Notes: generated from the letters alone by a model not told the origin. A DNA stretch of 32,000 nucleotides from an uncultured Erysipelotrichaceae bacterium (GCA_942493105.1 OW818668.1:810001-842000), one strand, 5' to 3'. Positions 17,171-25,254 are shown, counted from the stretch's first letter. Translations and numbers: made by a program.

Positions 17171-18907
17171 ATGAAGCGTTTTAATTGGAAGAATAGAAAT
17201 TTTCTAGTTGTACTGTCATTTATCCTAGGGATCGGTGTTTTTACTAGTTTTTATTTGAGTTCACTCAATAAAGTTGAAGAACTGCCAGAAGACAATACCA
17301 GCTTGGAAGATTGGACTTTAGAGAACAGCCCACTTAACGGACTGCCTTTGATTGAAAACAAGACAATCTATAAAGTCGATCAGGCTGATGATTTGGATTC
17401 GATTTACATTACTGTTTTTCCAACAGAGACGGATGAAGGACTCATCGATTTTTCAATTTTCGACTTGCATGAATCTTTGAATCAAGACTTCAATCCGACC
17501 TTGAATGCCAACGTTACGATCGGTGATAGCAGTGGTAAGCTATCTGTCTTCGTGGACACCAACTCAATCAATGCCTACATCAAAGTCAGAGGCAATTCCT
17601 CAAGAGGTGCGGCTTTTAAATCCTACAAGATCAAGTTCACTACTGAAAATGACAGCTATAAAGGATTCACTGTTCTAAATCTCAATAAGCACGTGTATGA
17701 TCCCAGCAAAGTTGCAAACAAATTTTCCTTTGATATGATGAGTCAGTTAGATAATATGGCTTCACTGAGAACAAACTTTGTCAAAGTCTACATCAAAGAT
17801 GCCTCTTTACCGACCAATAAGCGTAAATATGTTTATTATGGACTTTACACCAACATAGAACAACCCAATCGGGATTTCTTAACGTCACACGGCTTAGATG
17901 CCAATGGCTCACTATATAAGGCGACCAGTTTTGAATTTCACGAGTATGAAGCTTTGAAGAATGTGGATGATCCTGGCTATAATCAAGCTGCTTTCGAAAA
18001 GATCCTTGAGATCCGCGAAGGCAATAATCATACAAAACTATTGAAGATGCTAAAAGACATCAATGATATGGAGTTGGATTTTGACACGACCTTCAAGAAG
18101 TATTTCAATGAGGAGAATTATCTGACATGGCTGGCAATGAACATCCTGCTGGGCAATGAAGATGTCTTGTCTCAAAATTTCTTCTTATATAATCCTACCA
18201 ATTCATTGACTTGGTATCTGTTACCATGGGATTATGACGGAACCTTTAAATTCGGGATTGCGGAATCTGGACATAAAGCACCGGATTCGATGCAAGGTAT
18301 TCAGCGTCTTACCGCCATACTTTTGCATCGTCGTTACTTTTTAAAGGCGGAGAATATCGATAAACTGACAAAAAAACTGGATGATTTACTCGCTACGACT
18401 TTCTCAAAAACCAACGTCAATAAAACGGTAGACCAATATCTTCCAGTCATGCAGGCAACCTTAGGGAAGCTTCCTGATGTTAGACTTCTAGGAATGGAAC
18501 CCAATCAGCTTAAGACATATATCCATGGCTTCTATGACGAAATCAAATCTAACTACGATGATTACTTAAGTGCATTGAAATACCCGACTCCTGTCTTTAC
18601 AGCGACGCCTATCAAAAACACAGACGGAACAACAACATTTATCTGGGAAAATTCTACCGATTTCGATGGGGATCTTATCAAATACTCGATTCGATTGGCA
18701 AAAGATCCTGGGATGAAACAAATCATCTTCAGTCAACAAAACTTGGTCGTTACGAATTACACCTATACCGGGACTTTAAAAGGAACCTATTACTTGGAAG
18801 TCAAAAGCATCGACAGTAAAGGAAATAACCAATATAGTTTAGACACCTTTGAGAATCTGATCACCCAGATTCATTACTTTGGGATCAGACAACTTATCTT
18901 TGAGTAG
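17171..18907 (+). CDS. CotH-family atypical kinase-like protein, membrane-anchored and extracytoplasmic
   Basis: Starts 9 nt after the pelG stop. N-terminal signal anchor (NFLVVLSFILGIGVFTSFYL). CotH-type core (LNLNKHVYDPSKV..F.., NFFLYNP, LLPWDYDGTF, with W-D-Y-D at 18227-18238). The C-terminal region of about 100 aa is a beta-rich FN3-like domain. Confidence 0.8.
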   Translation: MKRFNWKNRNFLVVLSFILGIGVFTSFYLSSLNKVEELPEDNTSLEDWTLENSPLNGLPLIENKTIYKVDQADDLDSIYITVFPTETDEGLIDFSIFDLHESLNQDFNPTLNANVTIGDSSGKLSVFVDTNSINAYIKVRGNSSRGAAFKSYKIKFTTENDSYKGFTVLNLNKHVYDPSKVANKFSFDMMSQLDNMASLRTNFVKVYIKDASLPTNKRKYVYYGLYTNIEQPNRDFLTSHGLDANGSLYKATSFEFHEYEALKNVDDPGYNQAAFEKILEIREGNNHTKLLKMLKDINDMELDFDTTFKKYFNEENYLTWLAMNILLGNEDVLSQNFFLYNPTNSLTWYLLPWDYDGTFKFGIAESGHKAPDSMQGIQRLTAILLHRRYFLKAENIDKLTKKLDDLLATTFSKTNVNKTVDQYLPVMQATLGKLPDVRLLGMEPNQLKTYIHGFYDEIKSNYDDYLSALKYPTPVFTATPIKNTDGTTTFIWENSTDFDGDLIKYSIRLAKDPGMKQIIFSQQNLVVTNYTYTGTLKGTYYLEVKSIDSKGNNQYSLDTFENLITQIHYFGIRQLIFE

Positions 18908-18911
18908 CACC

Positions 18912-19625
18912 ATGAAAATTAGAAACCAAACTTTACGGCATGAATTTAAGTTCTACATTGACCAGAAGACATATCAAATCCTTAGACAAAGGTTCTTAAT
19001 TGTTGCTAGACCAGATGAGAATTCCAAAAGCGAAGACGGATACTTGATCTCAAGTCTGTACTTTGATGATTACCGAAACAGTTCCCTTAAAGATAAAATC
19101 GATGGAGACCGCTTCAGAAGGAAATTTCGAATCAGAGTCTATGAACACGATCCTGGTCTTATCAAACTGGAATCCAAGGCTAAATTGGACAGCTGGACAG
19201 CCAAGGAAAGCACTCTGTTGACTTTAGAAGAGTATCAGAAAATACTGGCTGAGGATGTGGATTTCCTGATCCTAAAGGATGATCCGCTATGTAAAGAATT
19301 GTATTCACTGATGAAGACAAAGCTCCTAAAGCCTAAAGTCATCGTTGAATATGAACGGGAAGCCTATGTCGTGAACGAAGGCAATGTCAGACTTACCTTT
19401 GATAAACAGCTTCGATCCAGCATCAACGGCCTCGATATCTTTGATCCAACTGTGGTCTATAGTGCCGCTTTACCACAGGACCTATTGGTGTTTGAGGTCA
19501 AGTTTGATGACTTCATCCCCAAACACATTAGATCGCTCATCAATGGGCAAAGCATGCAACGATACGCCATATCTAAATATGTCATCTGTAAAAAGAGAAG
19601 AGAAAGGGTAATCCAATATGACTAA
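18912..19625 (+). CDS. VTC-domain (polyphosphate-polymerase-like, triphosphate-tunnel) protein
   Basis: Start re-picked to ATG 18912, 4 nt after the cotH stop. It is soluble, 237 aa. The N-terminal beta-strand RHEFKFYI is an R-x-E-x-K tunnel signature. Alternating charged strands run throughout (RRKFRIRVYE, IKLESKAK, VIVEYEREAY, VRLTFDKQL, LVFEVKFD). Confidence 0.7.
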   Translation: MKIRNQTLRHEFKFYIDQKTYQILRQRFLIVARPDENSKSEDGYLISSLYFDDYRNSSLKDKIDGDRFRRKFRIRVYEHDPGLIKLESKAKLDSWTAKESTLLTLEEYQKILAEDVDFLILKDDPLCKELYSLMKTKLLKPKVIVEYEREAYVVNEGNVRLTFDKQLRSSINGLDIFDPTVVYSAALPQDLLVFEVKFDDFIPKHIRSLINGQSMQRYAISKYVICKKRRERVIQYD

Positions 19626-20289
19626 TTTCGTAGACATCCTGAAGAAGAGCTTTCTAGAGAACGGCCAAATGGCTGATTTGAGCATTGCTAGTATTTTAAT
19701 GTCTCTGATTTCTGCATTTTTGTGTTCTATGATTATCTATTATGTATACCGGAAGTATTATCGTGGGATCGTCTACAGCAGCAGTTTCAATATCCTGCTG
19801 GTACTCGTCAGTATCGTAACAGCATTTATCGTCATGACCATCAGTTCGAACATCCTGCTTTCATTGGGGATGGTTGGTGCCCTTTCAATAGTACGTTTTA
19901 GAACTGCAGTTAAAGACCCATTGGATGTCGGCTTCCTATTTTTCGCAATTTCAGTGGGGATCACTTCTGGAGCAGGACTCTATATTTTGAGTTTCATCGC
20001 GACAATTTTCATATCGCTGATTTATATCCTTCTGGTTCAAGTCAAAACCTTTACGAAGGTATACCTGTTGATCGTGAAGTTTGAAAACAGTGCCAATGAA
20101 GAAGTCCAAAAGATCCTAAAAACTTTAAAAGGTGAACTTAAAAATAAGACGACTATAAAAGATACGATTGAATTGACGCTTGAGCTTCGCTTGAAAGGTG
20201 ATAATACAGCTTTTGTGAATCAATTGTCTTCATTGCCTGGTGTCAAGAGTGCCGTCTTGGTGGAATACACCGGAGACTTTGGTGAATAA
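19618..20289 (+). CDS. DUF4956-like polytopic membrane protein
   Basis: An ATGACTAA overlap (8 nt) with the VTC gene. About 4-5 TM segments and the family-typical motif LSLGMVGALSIVRFRTAVKDPLDVGFLFFAISVGITSGAG. The C-terminal region of about 85 aa is a soluble alpha/beta segment. Confidence 0.75.
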   Translation: MTNFVDILKKSFLENGQMADLSIASILMSLISAFLCSMIIYYVYRKYYRGIVYSSSFNILLVLVSIVTAFIVMTISSNILLSLGMVGALSIVRFRTAVKDPLDVGFLFFAISVGITSGAGLYILSFIATIFISLIYILLVQVKTFTKVYLLIVKFENSANEEVQKILKTLKGELKNKTTIKDTIELTLELRLKGDNTAFVNQLSSLPGVKSAVLVEYTGDFGE

Positions 20290-21661
20290 ACGTAAAAGTC
20301 TAATCATTATATTTATTATTCTGGCGACAGCCCTGGGGATCACCGGGACTGTCGTTTTTTTTCGTGTCCCTTATACGACTTTGACGTATACAGAAAGTGA
20401 TGAAATCATCACCAATCCTTCAAGAGGTTTCTATGTCCAATTTGATTCAGGACATCTTCAAAAGCTATATGAGCTAGATGGCTCAGGCATCACATTGGTT
20501 CTGTTGGCATACGATATCCAAGATTTTACAGATCGTGATCTGTCTCAAGCTAAACTTGATGAATTATCTTTGGCGTTTGATGCCATCAGAGCGCATGGTT
20601 TAAAAGTCATATTCAGAGCAGCTTACGGATTTAGCAGAAATGCTGAATACTCAGATCCAAGCTCTTTAAACATCATCAAGACCCATATTTCTCAAATCAG
20701 TCCGATCCTCATTGAAAACAAAGACTTGCTTCTTACGGTCCAAGCTGGCTTCTTAGGTCCTTGGGGTGAGTGGCATCATAGTAATCTCGGGGATGATCAA
20801 GGTACTCCAACACAAGCAATCATCAATGAACTGCTTGCGGCTTTGTGTGAAGCCGTACCTCAAACTGTTTCGATAGCAGTTCGCAGACCCAGATTTATTC
20901 GACTGATCGATACTTCCATAGTCGATATCAGCCGCATCGCATTTCATAATGATGCGCTATTGTCGACAGATACTGATATGGGTAGTTATGATCAGGCTGA
21001 ATACACTCGCAACGATGAACTCACTTACATTCATGAACGTCCATATCCAGTAGCCAACGGGGGAGAAATGCCGATGTTAAGTATGTATACTGAACCCTCT
21101 GTTGCCTTTGAGGAACTTTCATTACTGAAATTGACTTATCTCAATCATGAATACAATAAGGAAGTTATTGCCTATTGGGAAACGGTTAATACTGAAAATA
21201 AACCCTTCATTGATCTTATTCAAAAGAAACTGGGATACCGTTATTTCATTGAAAAATCAATCATCCCAAAATCATTCAGAACAGATCAATCCGTAAAAAT
21301 TAAAGTGACTTTGAAGAACTCCGGTTTTTCTGCTGTTACGATCCCGTATCGGATTGAATTGATTGTCCATGATGAATCGGGTGTTCGAAAAATTATCCCG
21401 TTTGAGGGAATCAATCTTCAGACATTGAACTCTGAACAGACCTTAACTATGACGGTTTTAATGAATTTAAGTGAACTGTCTCACAAATTTACTTTGGGAT
21501 TGCGAATCGTTGAGCGTGATATGACTCAAATAATGGATGAACGAACATTGATTCGCTTGGCCAATGAAGGATTGACCATGAAGGATGGGATCACTTTTTT
21601 TGCATCCTATGACTGGGATGGAAAAAAATACACATTAAGTAGTTCTGTAAGAGAACAATAA
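20282..21661 (+). CDS. DUF4874/DUF4832-like protein, putative extracytoplasmic TIM-barrel glycoside hydrolase
   Basis: The start is uncertain: GTG 20282 (8-nt overlap with the upstream stop, GGAG 20272-20275) or GTG 20240. Signal anchor LIIIFIILATALGITGTVVFF. Motifs NPSRGFY, GFLGPWGEWHHS, VRRPRF, FHNDALL and NGGEM. C-terminal beta-sandwich-like domain. Confidence 0.6.
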   Translation: MNKRKSLIIIFIILATALGITGTVVFFRVPYTTLTYTESDEIITNPSRGFYVQFDSGHLQKLYELDGSGITLVLLAYDIQDFTDRDLSQAKLDELSLAFDAIRAHGLKVIFRAAYGFSRNAEYSDPSSLNIIKTHISQISPILIENKDLLLTVQAGFLGPWGEWHHSNLGDDQGTPTQAIINELLAALCEAVPQTVSIAVRRPRFIRLIDTSIVDISRIAFHNDALLSTDTDMGSYDQAEYTRNDELTYIHERPYPVANGGEMPMLSMYTEPSVAFEELSLLKLTYLNHEYNKEVIAYWETVNTENKPFIDLIQKKLGYRYFIEKSIIPKSFRTDQSVKIKVTLKNSGFSAVTIPYRIELIVHDESGVRKIIPFEGINLQTLNSEQTLTMTVLMNLSELSHKFTLGLRIVERDMTQIMDERTLIRLANEGLTMKDGITFFASYDWDGKKYTLSSSVREQ

Positions 21662-22412
21662 TTCTTTTAAGATATTTATCATTAGTGCTGGACACTTTAA
21701 CAGGAACTAATAATAATAAGAATGTAATTAAATCAATAAAATGAAACAAACCATATACATTCTTTAGCGTTTGAAAACTTCAAATTACAATTCATATCTT
21801 TTTAAGAATCCAGGAGTAAAGGGTGGGTTATAACATGCCTGTTTTAAACTTACGATGATTTCTTAGCCTTCTTGTTGAACCAAGATTATCTTAAGAACTT
21901 GATGAATTAAAAGTGGTACATCATCATGAGTGATTTTTAATGGCATAACAAAAGCTAATGTATGTATTCTGCTTTTATTGAGTTGATTACAACTTTTTCT
22001 GTCATGGAAATCCTCTGTCCACGATCATTGTTGCTTTGAATAAAGTCAAAAACCAATCAAAAACCTTGATAACTCTGTAGATCGCAATCTATTGCTTCAA
22101 TTATGTCAAAAGACTTATAATGTTGAATTTCAAAATGAACTTTCTTAAATTCATATTTATGTTGTTCAAACATAACGACTCTACAACATCAATATGTAAC
22201 TTTGCATCTTTCATGCTATGCAATAATAACCGGATCAATTAAATCGTTGTCAATCAAATATCTAAAAGGTTTATCTACATCAAATAAACGAATATTGTAA
22301 TAATGTTTGATTATGTGAGTATGTGTGAACTTACGCAATTCGGTTTAATAAAATACTAAGTGCTACAATGAAATCAGATATACTTAAATTCGTTTTGAAG
22401 ATTATCATATTT

Positions 22413-22441
22413 TTGGTTCATTAGTAGAGTTGTGGTATGAA
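22413..22441 (+). promoter_or_regulatory. candidate promoter of the HD-GYP gene (extended -10)
   Basis: TTGGTT (22413-22418), 17-nt spacer ending in TGG, TATGAA (22436-22441). Confidence 0.3.
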
Positions 22442-22520
22442 TCTTTAGCTGTTGACTCACAAATTTAAAACTTCTTGGATCAAGGTCTAAATCATGTATG
22501 TGAGTAAAGGAGAACATGAT

Positions 22521-24035
22521 ATGGCTAGGAAACCCATTAATAACCCTACAAGTACAACACTTTCTACAGACAGAGATCTTTTGTGTGAATTAAGCACAGC
22601 AAATAGAGAAATCGCAGATCAACTCATCGAGAACAAGAAAAATGAAAATGATCTTAAGACAATAGAGAAGAAACTTGTTCATCAAACCAAAGAAAGAAAT
22701 AAATTGATCGCTGAATTGGTAGATGCCAATAAAGAGTTGGGTATCCAGGAAAAAGATAAAAAGAGTATAAACAAAGAATTGGGTGTCATAAAAAAAGAAC
22801 TTGCACATCAAAATACCGAAAATACTGATCAAGCTAAAGAACTAAATACTGCTAATAAAGAGATCGTATTTCAAAAAGGCGAGAAAAAGAAGCGAACAAG
22901 AGAATTGAAAGTGATCAATGAAGCATTGAGTTTTCAAACAAAAGAAAATGAAGATCAAGCTGATAAATTCATCATCATAAAGAAGGCCATCATAAGTCAA
23001 GGTGTGCAAATTGAAAACTTGACGTATCAAAACCAGATGAATGGCTTAAATAATCGCAAGTACTTCCTAGATGCTTTAAAACGATATGATCTTGAATCCA
23101 ATTTACCAATCAGTATCATTATGTGTGAAATCAATGGATTGGCCATTATCAGTAATTCTTTAGGACATTTTATGGCAGACGAAATTCTATCCAGTGTTAT
23201 CAATGTTTTAGGTCATGTCGTGCGAAGAGATGATGTGAGCATATGTTTCAGTAGTGGTGAGTTTGCCCTGATCTTACCAAAAACAAGCATAAATAAAGCC
23301 AAAGAAATAGTAAAAAAGCTTAGAGCTTTCGCTTCAAAAGAAAGATCTGGATCATTTGAGGTCTCAATTTCTTGTGGGACACAGACAAAAATAGATAAAA
23401 GCGAAAGTCTCGATGATATTGTAAAAGCTGCAACAGAGCTGCTAAATATCGATAAAAACATCGAAGGATTACCTGCTGAAAACAATACCATTGGCTTGAT
23501 CATGGAGATGTTATTTGAGAAAAATAATCGTGAGATGTTGCACTCATCTAGAGTCAGTGATATATGTGAAAGAATCGCAAAAAAATTGAACTTCGATCAA
23601 GGAGTTATCAACCGTATCAAAATAACGGCTATGTTACATGATATTGGAAAGATTGGAATAGACGAAGGAATCTTGAATAAATCAGAAAAGCTTGATCCTC
23701 AAGAATGGACAGAAATCAGAAAACATCCTGAAATCGGTTATCGCATATTAAGTGCATCTAACGAATTTGTTGTCCATGCAAATGATGTGCTTCAACATCA
23801 CGAAAGAATCGATGGCAAAGGATATCCTTTAGGAGTTAAAGGTGAAGAAATTTCTCTTGTAGCAAAAATCATATCCATTGCGGATGCCTACGATGCTTTG
23901 ATTTCAGAAAGACCGTATCGAAAAGTCATGAGTGAAAAAGAAGCCATCGACGAAATCATAAAATGCGCTGGTGATCAATTTGATTCAGAACTGGTAAGTG
24001 TGTTTGTGGATATGATGAAAGAAAATACTGAATGA
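22521..24035 (+). CDS. coiled-coil / degenerate GGDEF / HD-GYP domain protein (c-di-GMP phosphodiesterase candidate)
   Basis: Start re-picked to ATG 22521 after AAAGGAGAA. The N-terminal region of about 150 aa is made of 21-residue repeats. The GGDEF fold carries SSGEF (23250-23264) in place of GG(D/E)EF but keeps RRDD (23223-23234) at the RxxD I-site spacing. The HD-GYP motifs are intact: HDIGK (HD at 23637-23642) and HHERIDGKGYP (GYP at 23820-23828). Confidence 0.85.
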   Translation: MARKPINNPTSTTLSTDRDLLCELSTANREIADQLIENKKNENDLKTIEKKLVHQTKERNKLIAELVDANKELGIQEKDKKSINKELGVIKKELAHQNTENTDQAKELNTANKEIVFQKGEKKKRTRELKVINEALSFQTKENEDQADKFIIIKKAIISQGVQIENLTYQNQMNGLNNRKYFLDALKRYDLESNLPISIIMCEINGLAIISNSLGHFMADEILSSVINVLGHVVRRDDVSICFSSGEFALILPKTSINKAKEIVKKLRAFASKERSGSFEVSISCGTQTKIDKSESLDDIVKAATELLNIDKNIEGLPAENNTIGLIMEMLFEKNNREMLHSSRVSDICERIAKKLNFDQGVINRIKITAMLHDIGKIGIDEGILNKSEKLDPQEWTEIRKHPEIGYRILSASNEFVVHANDVLQHHERIDGKGYPLGVKGEEISLVAKIISIADAYDALISERPYRKVMSEKEAIDEIIKCAGDQFDSELVSVFVDMMKENTE

Positions 24036-24192
24036 ATATTAGATATTTCTACTATGGTCTATCAACTTGATCGTTATACAGTATTTTAGGTCTTTTCATG
24101 GGCATGAGGATTAACAATATAGCCCTGAATCATAGGAAAGCATCCTACTTCTGACCAGTCATAAAAATTAATGTAGAACACTCATTATGGAA

Positions 24193-25254
24193 TTAGTTTG
24201 ATAAAGAAGTCTTAATCAAACCAACCATGTTACTTAAAAAGACGAAACTTGTTGTCATGTTCTTTGTTGATCCACAGTTTATGATGTAGTGAATATCATT
24301 TTCTTGATCATAGAAACAGTGAGTTGATAAGACCCCAATGTGACCGACAAGTTTTGGAAACCCTCTCATAAGGAAAAAGAATTCGTTAAAATGCAACTGC
24401 ATCATTCCTGTTCCATAATAAATTCCAGCTCTGAATTTTCCTTGCCACTTCTGCATCAAATCATAGTGTTCTTTCTTGATTAAGCGACCTTCATGGAGTG
24501 CCTGCTGGAATAGTACCAGATCTTCTGGTGTAGAAACGATTCCACCATCTGCTTGGTCAACTGATAGTATCATGAAGGAGCTTACTTCGTGTTTATCCAA
24601 CCATATTTCTTGTGGTTTTTTCTTGAATTCAGGCGGATATTTATAGATCATGGATTGAGTATTCATCATTTCTAAAGGTTTAAAAATATGTTCGTCCAGC
24701 AGTTGGTTAAGTGGTTTACCTTCAATTTTTTCAAGAACCATACTTACCAATAAAAAGCCTGTATCTCCATAGGCAAATTTATCTCCGCGATTGCCAATGG
24801 GTTTCATGTTGTTTCGAACATAATCGAGCATCATCATTTGTGTCCAATAGGTATCAGGTTTTTCCATTATCAAATCCAAGAAACTTTTACCTAGTTTGTC
24901 TTTGCCTTCAAAGAAGTCTGCAACACCACTGCGATGACTTAAGCAATCCAAAATGGTTATCTCGTTTGGATTACTTTTAAATAAACCATCAAGAATATTT
25001 GCATCTAGATAATCAGACAATTTATCTTGTAGTGTTAACTTATCTGATTCAACAGCTTGTAAAATTAAGACTGTAGTTAACAGTTTACCAATACTAGCGA
25101 TATGAAAAATTGGATTACTTTGATGCGAAGGAAAAGAAAAATGTAAATTGTGCTTCTTTGAGTGAACCAAGACTTGAAAAGGTTGTCCTTTGTTTTTGTC
25201 TTGAGTCTTTTTTGCTAGTTTTTCCAGTTTAATTAATAATTTGTCTTGATTCAT
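24193..25254 (-). CDS. serine hydrolase, beta-lactamase/transpeptidase-fold family
   Basis: 353 aa. S-x-x-K nucleophile motif in FHIASIGKLLT and a Y-x-N-like region (class C / esterase-like family). RBS GGAGAA. No signal peptide. Confidence 0.8.
   Translation of the reverse strand: MNQDKLLIKLEKLAKKTQDKNKGQPFQVLVHSKKHNLHFSFPSHQSNPIFHIASIGKLLTTVLILQAVESDKLTLQDKLSDYLDANILDGLFKSNPNEITILDCLSHRSGVADFFEGKDKLGKSFLDLIMEKPDTYWTQMMMLDYVRNNMKPIGNRGDKFAYGDTGFLLVSMVLEKIEGKPLNQLLDEHIFKPLEMMNTQSMIYKYPPEFKKKPQEIWLDKHEVSSFMILSVDQADGGIVSTPEDLVLFQQALHEGRLIKKEHYDLMQKWQGKFRAGIYYGTGMMQLHFNEFFFLMRGFPKLVGHIGVLSTHCFYDQENDIHYIINCGSTKNMTTSFVFLSNMVGLIKTSLSN

Noticed and set aside
9446-21000. Short ORFs inside the nine-gene operon, 60-96 aa. 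Minus strand: 9446-9640, 10896-11120, 11509-11799, 12655-12840, 12844-13065, 13277-13474, 14305-14532, 15370-15570, 15411-15593, 17793-18035, 19482-19685, 19773-19964, 20753-20947. Plus strand: 14900-15097, 19384-19611.
   Set aside because: All are embedded in, or antisense to, long genes with family signatures. They lack RBSs and motifs and are consistent with chance ORFs.
22180-22311. The remnant peptide LFDVDKPFRYLIDNDLIDP resembles the N-terminal F(E/D)xDxPFxxRYLIDxxLxP segment of family-B DNA polymerases, which could mark a decayed mobile element.
   Set aside because: This is a single short motif match from memory. The flanking remnants show no clear exonuclease or polymerase motifs, the fragment is under 0.5 kb, and there are no flanking repeats or integrase. 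It is kept only as an unidentified gene remnant.
22590-23503. Minus-strand ORFs 22590-22832, 22842-23030 and 23213-23503, antisense to the HD-GYP gene.
   Set aside because: These are antisense shadows of a lysine/glutamate-rich repeat region, giving Phe/Leu-rich nonsense. There are no start signals.
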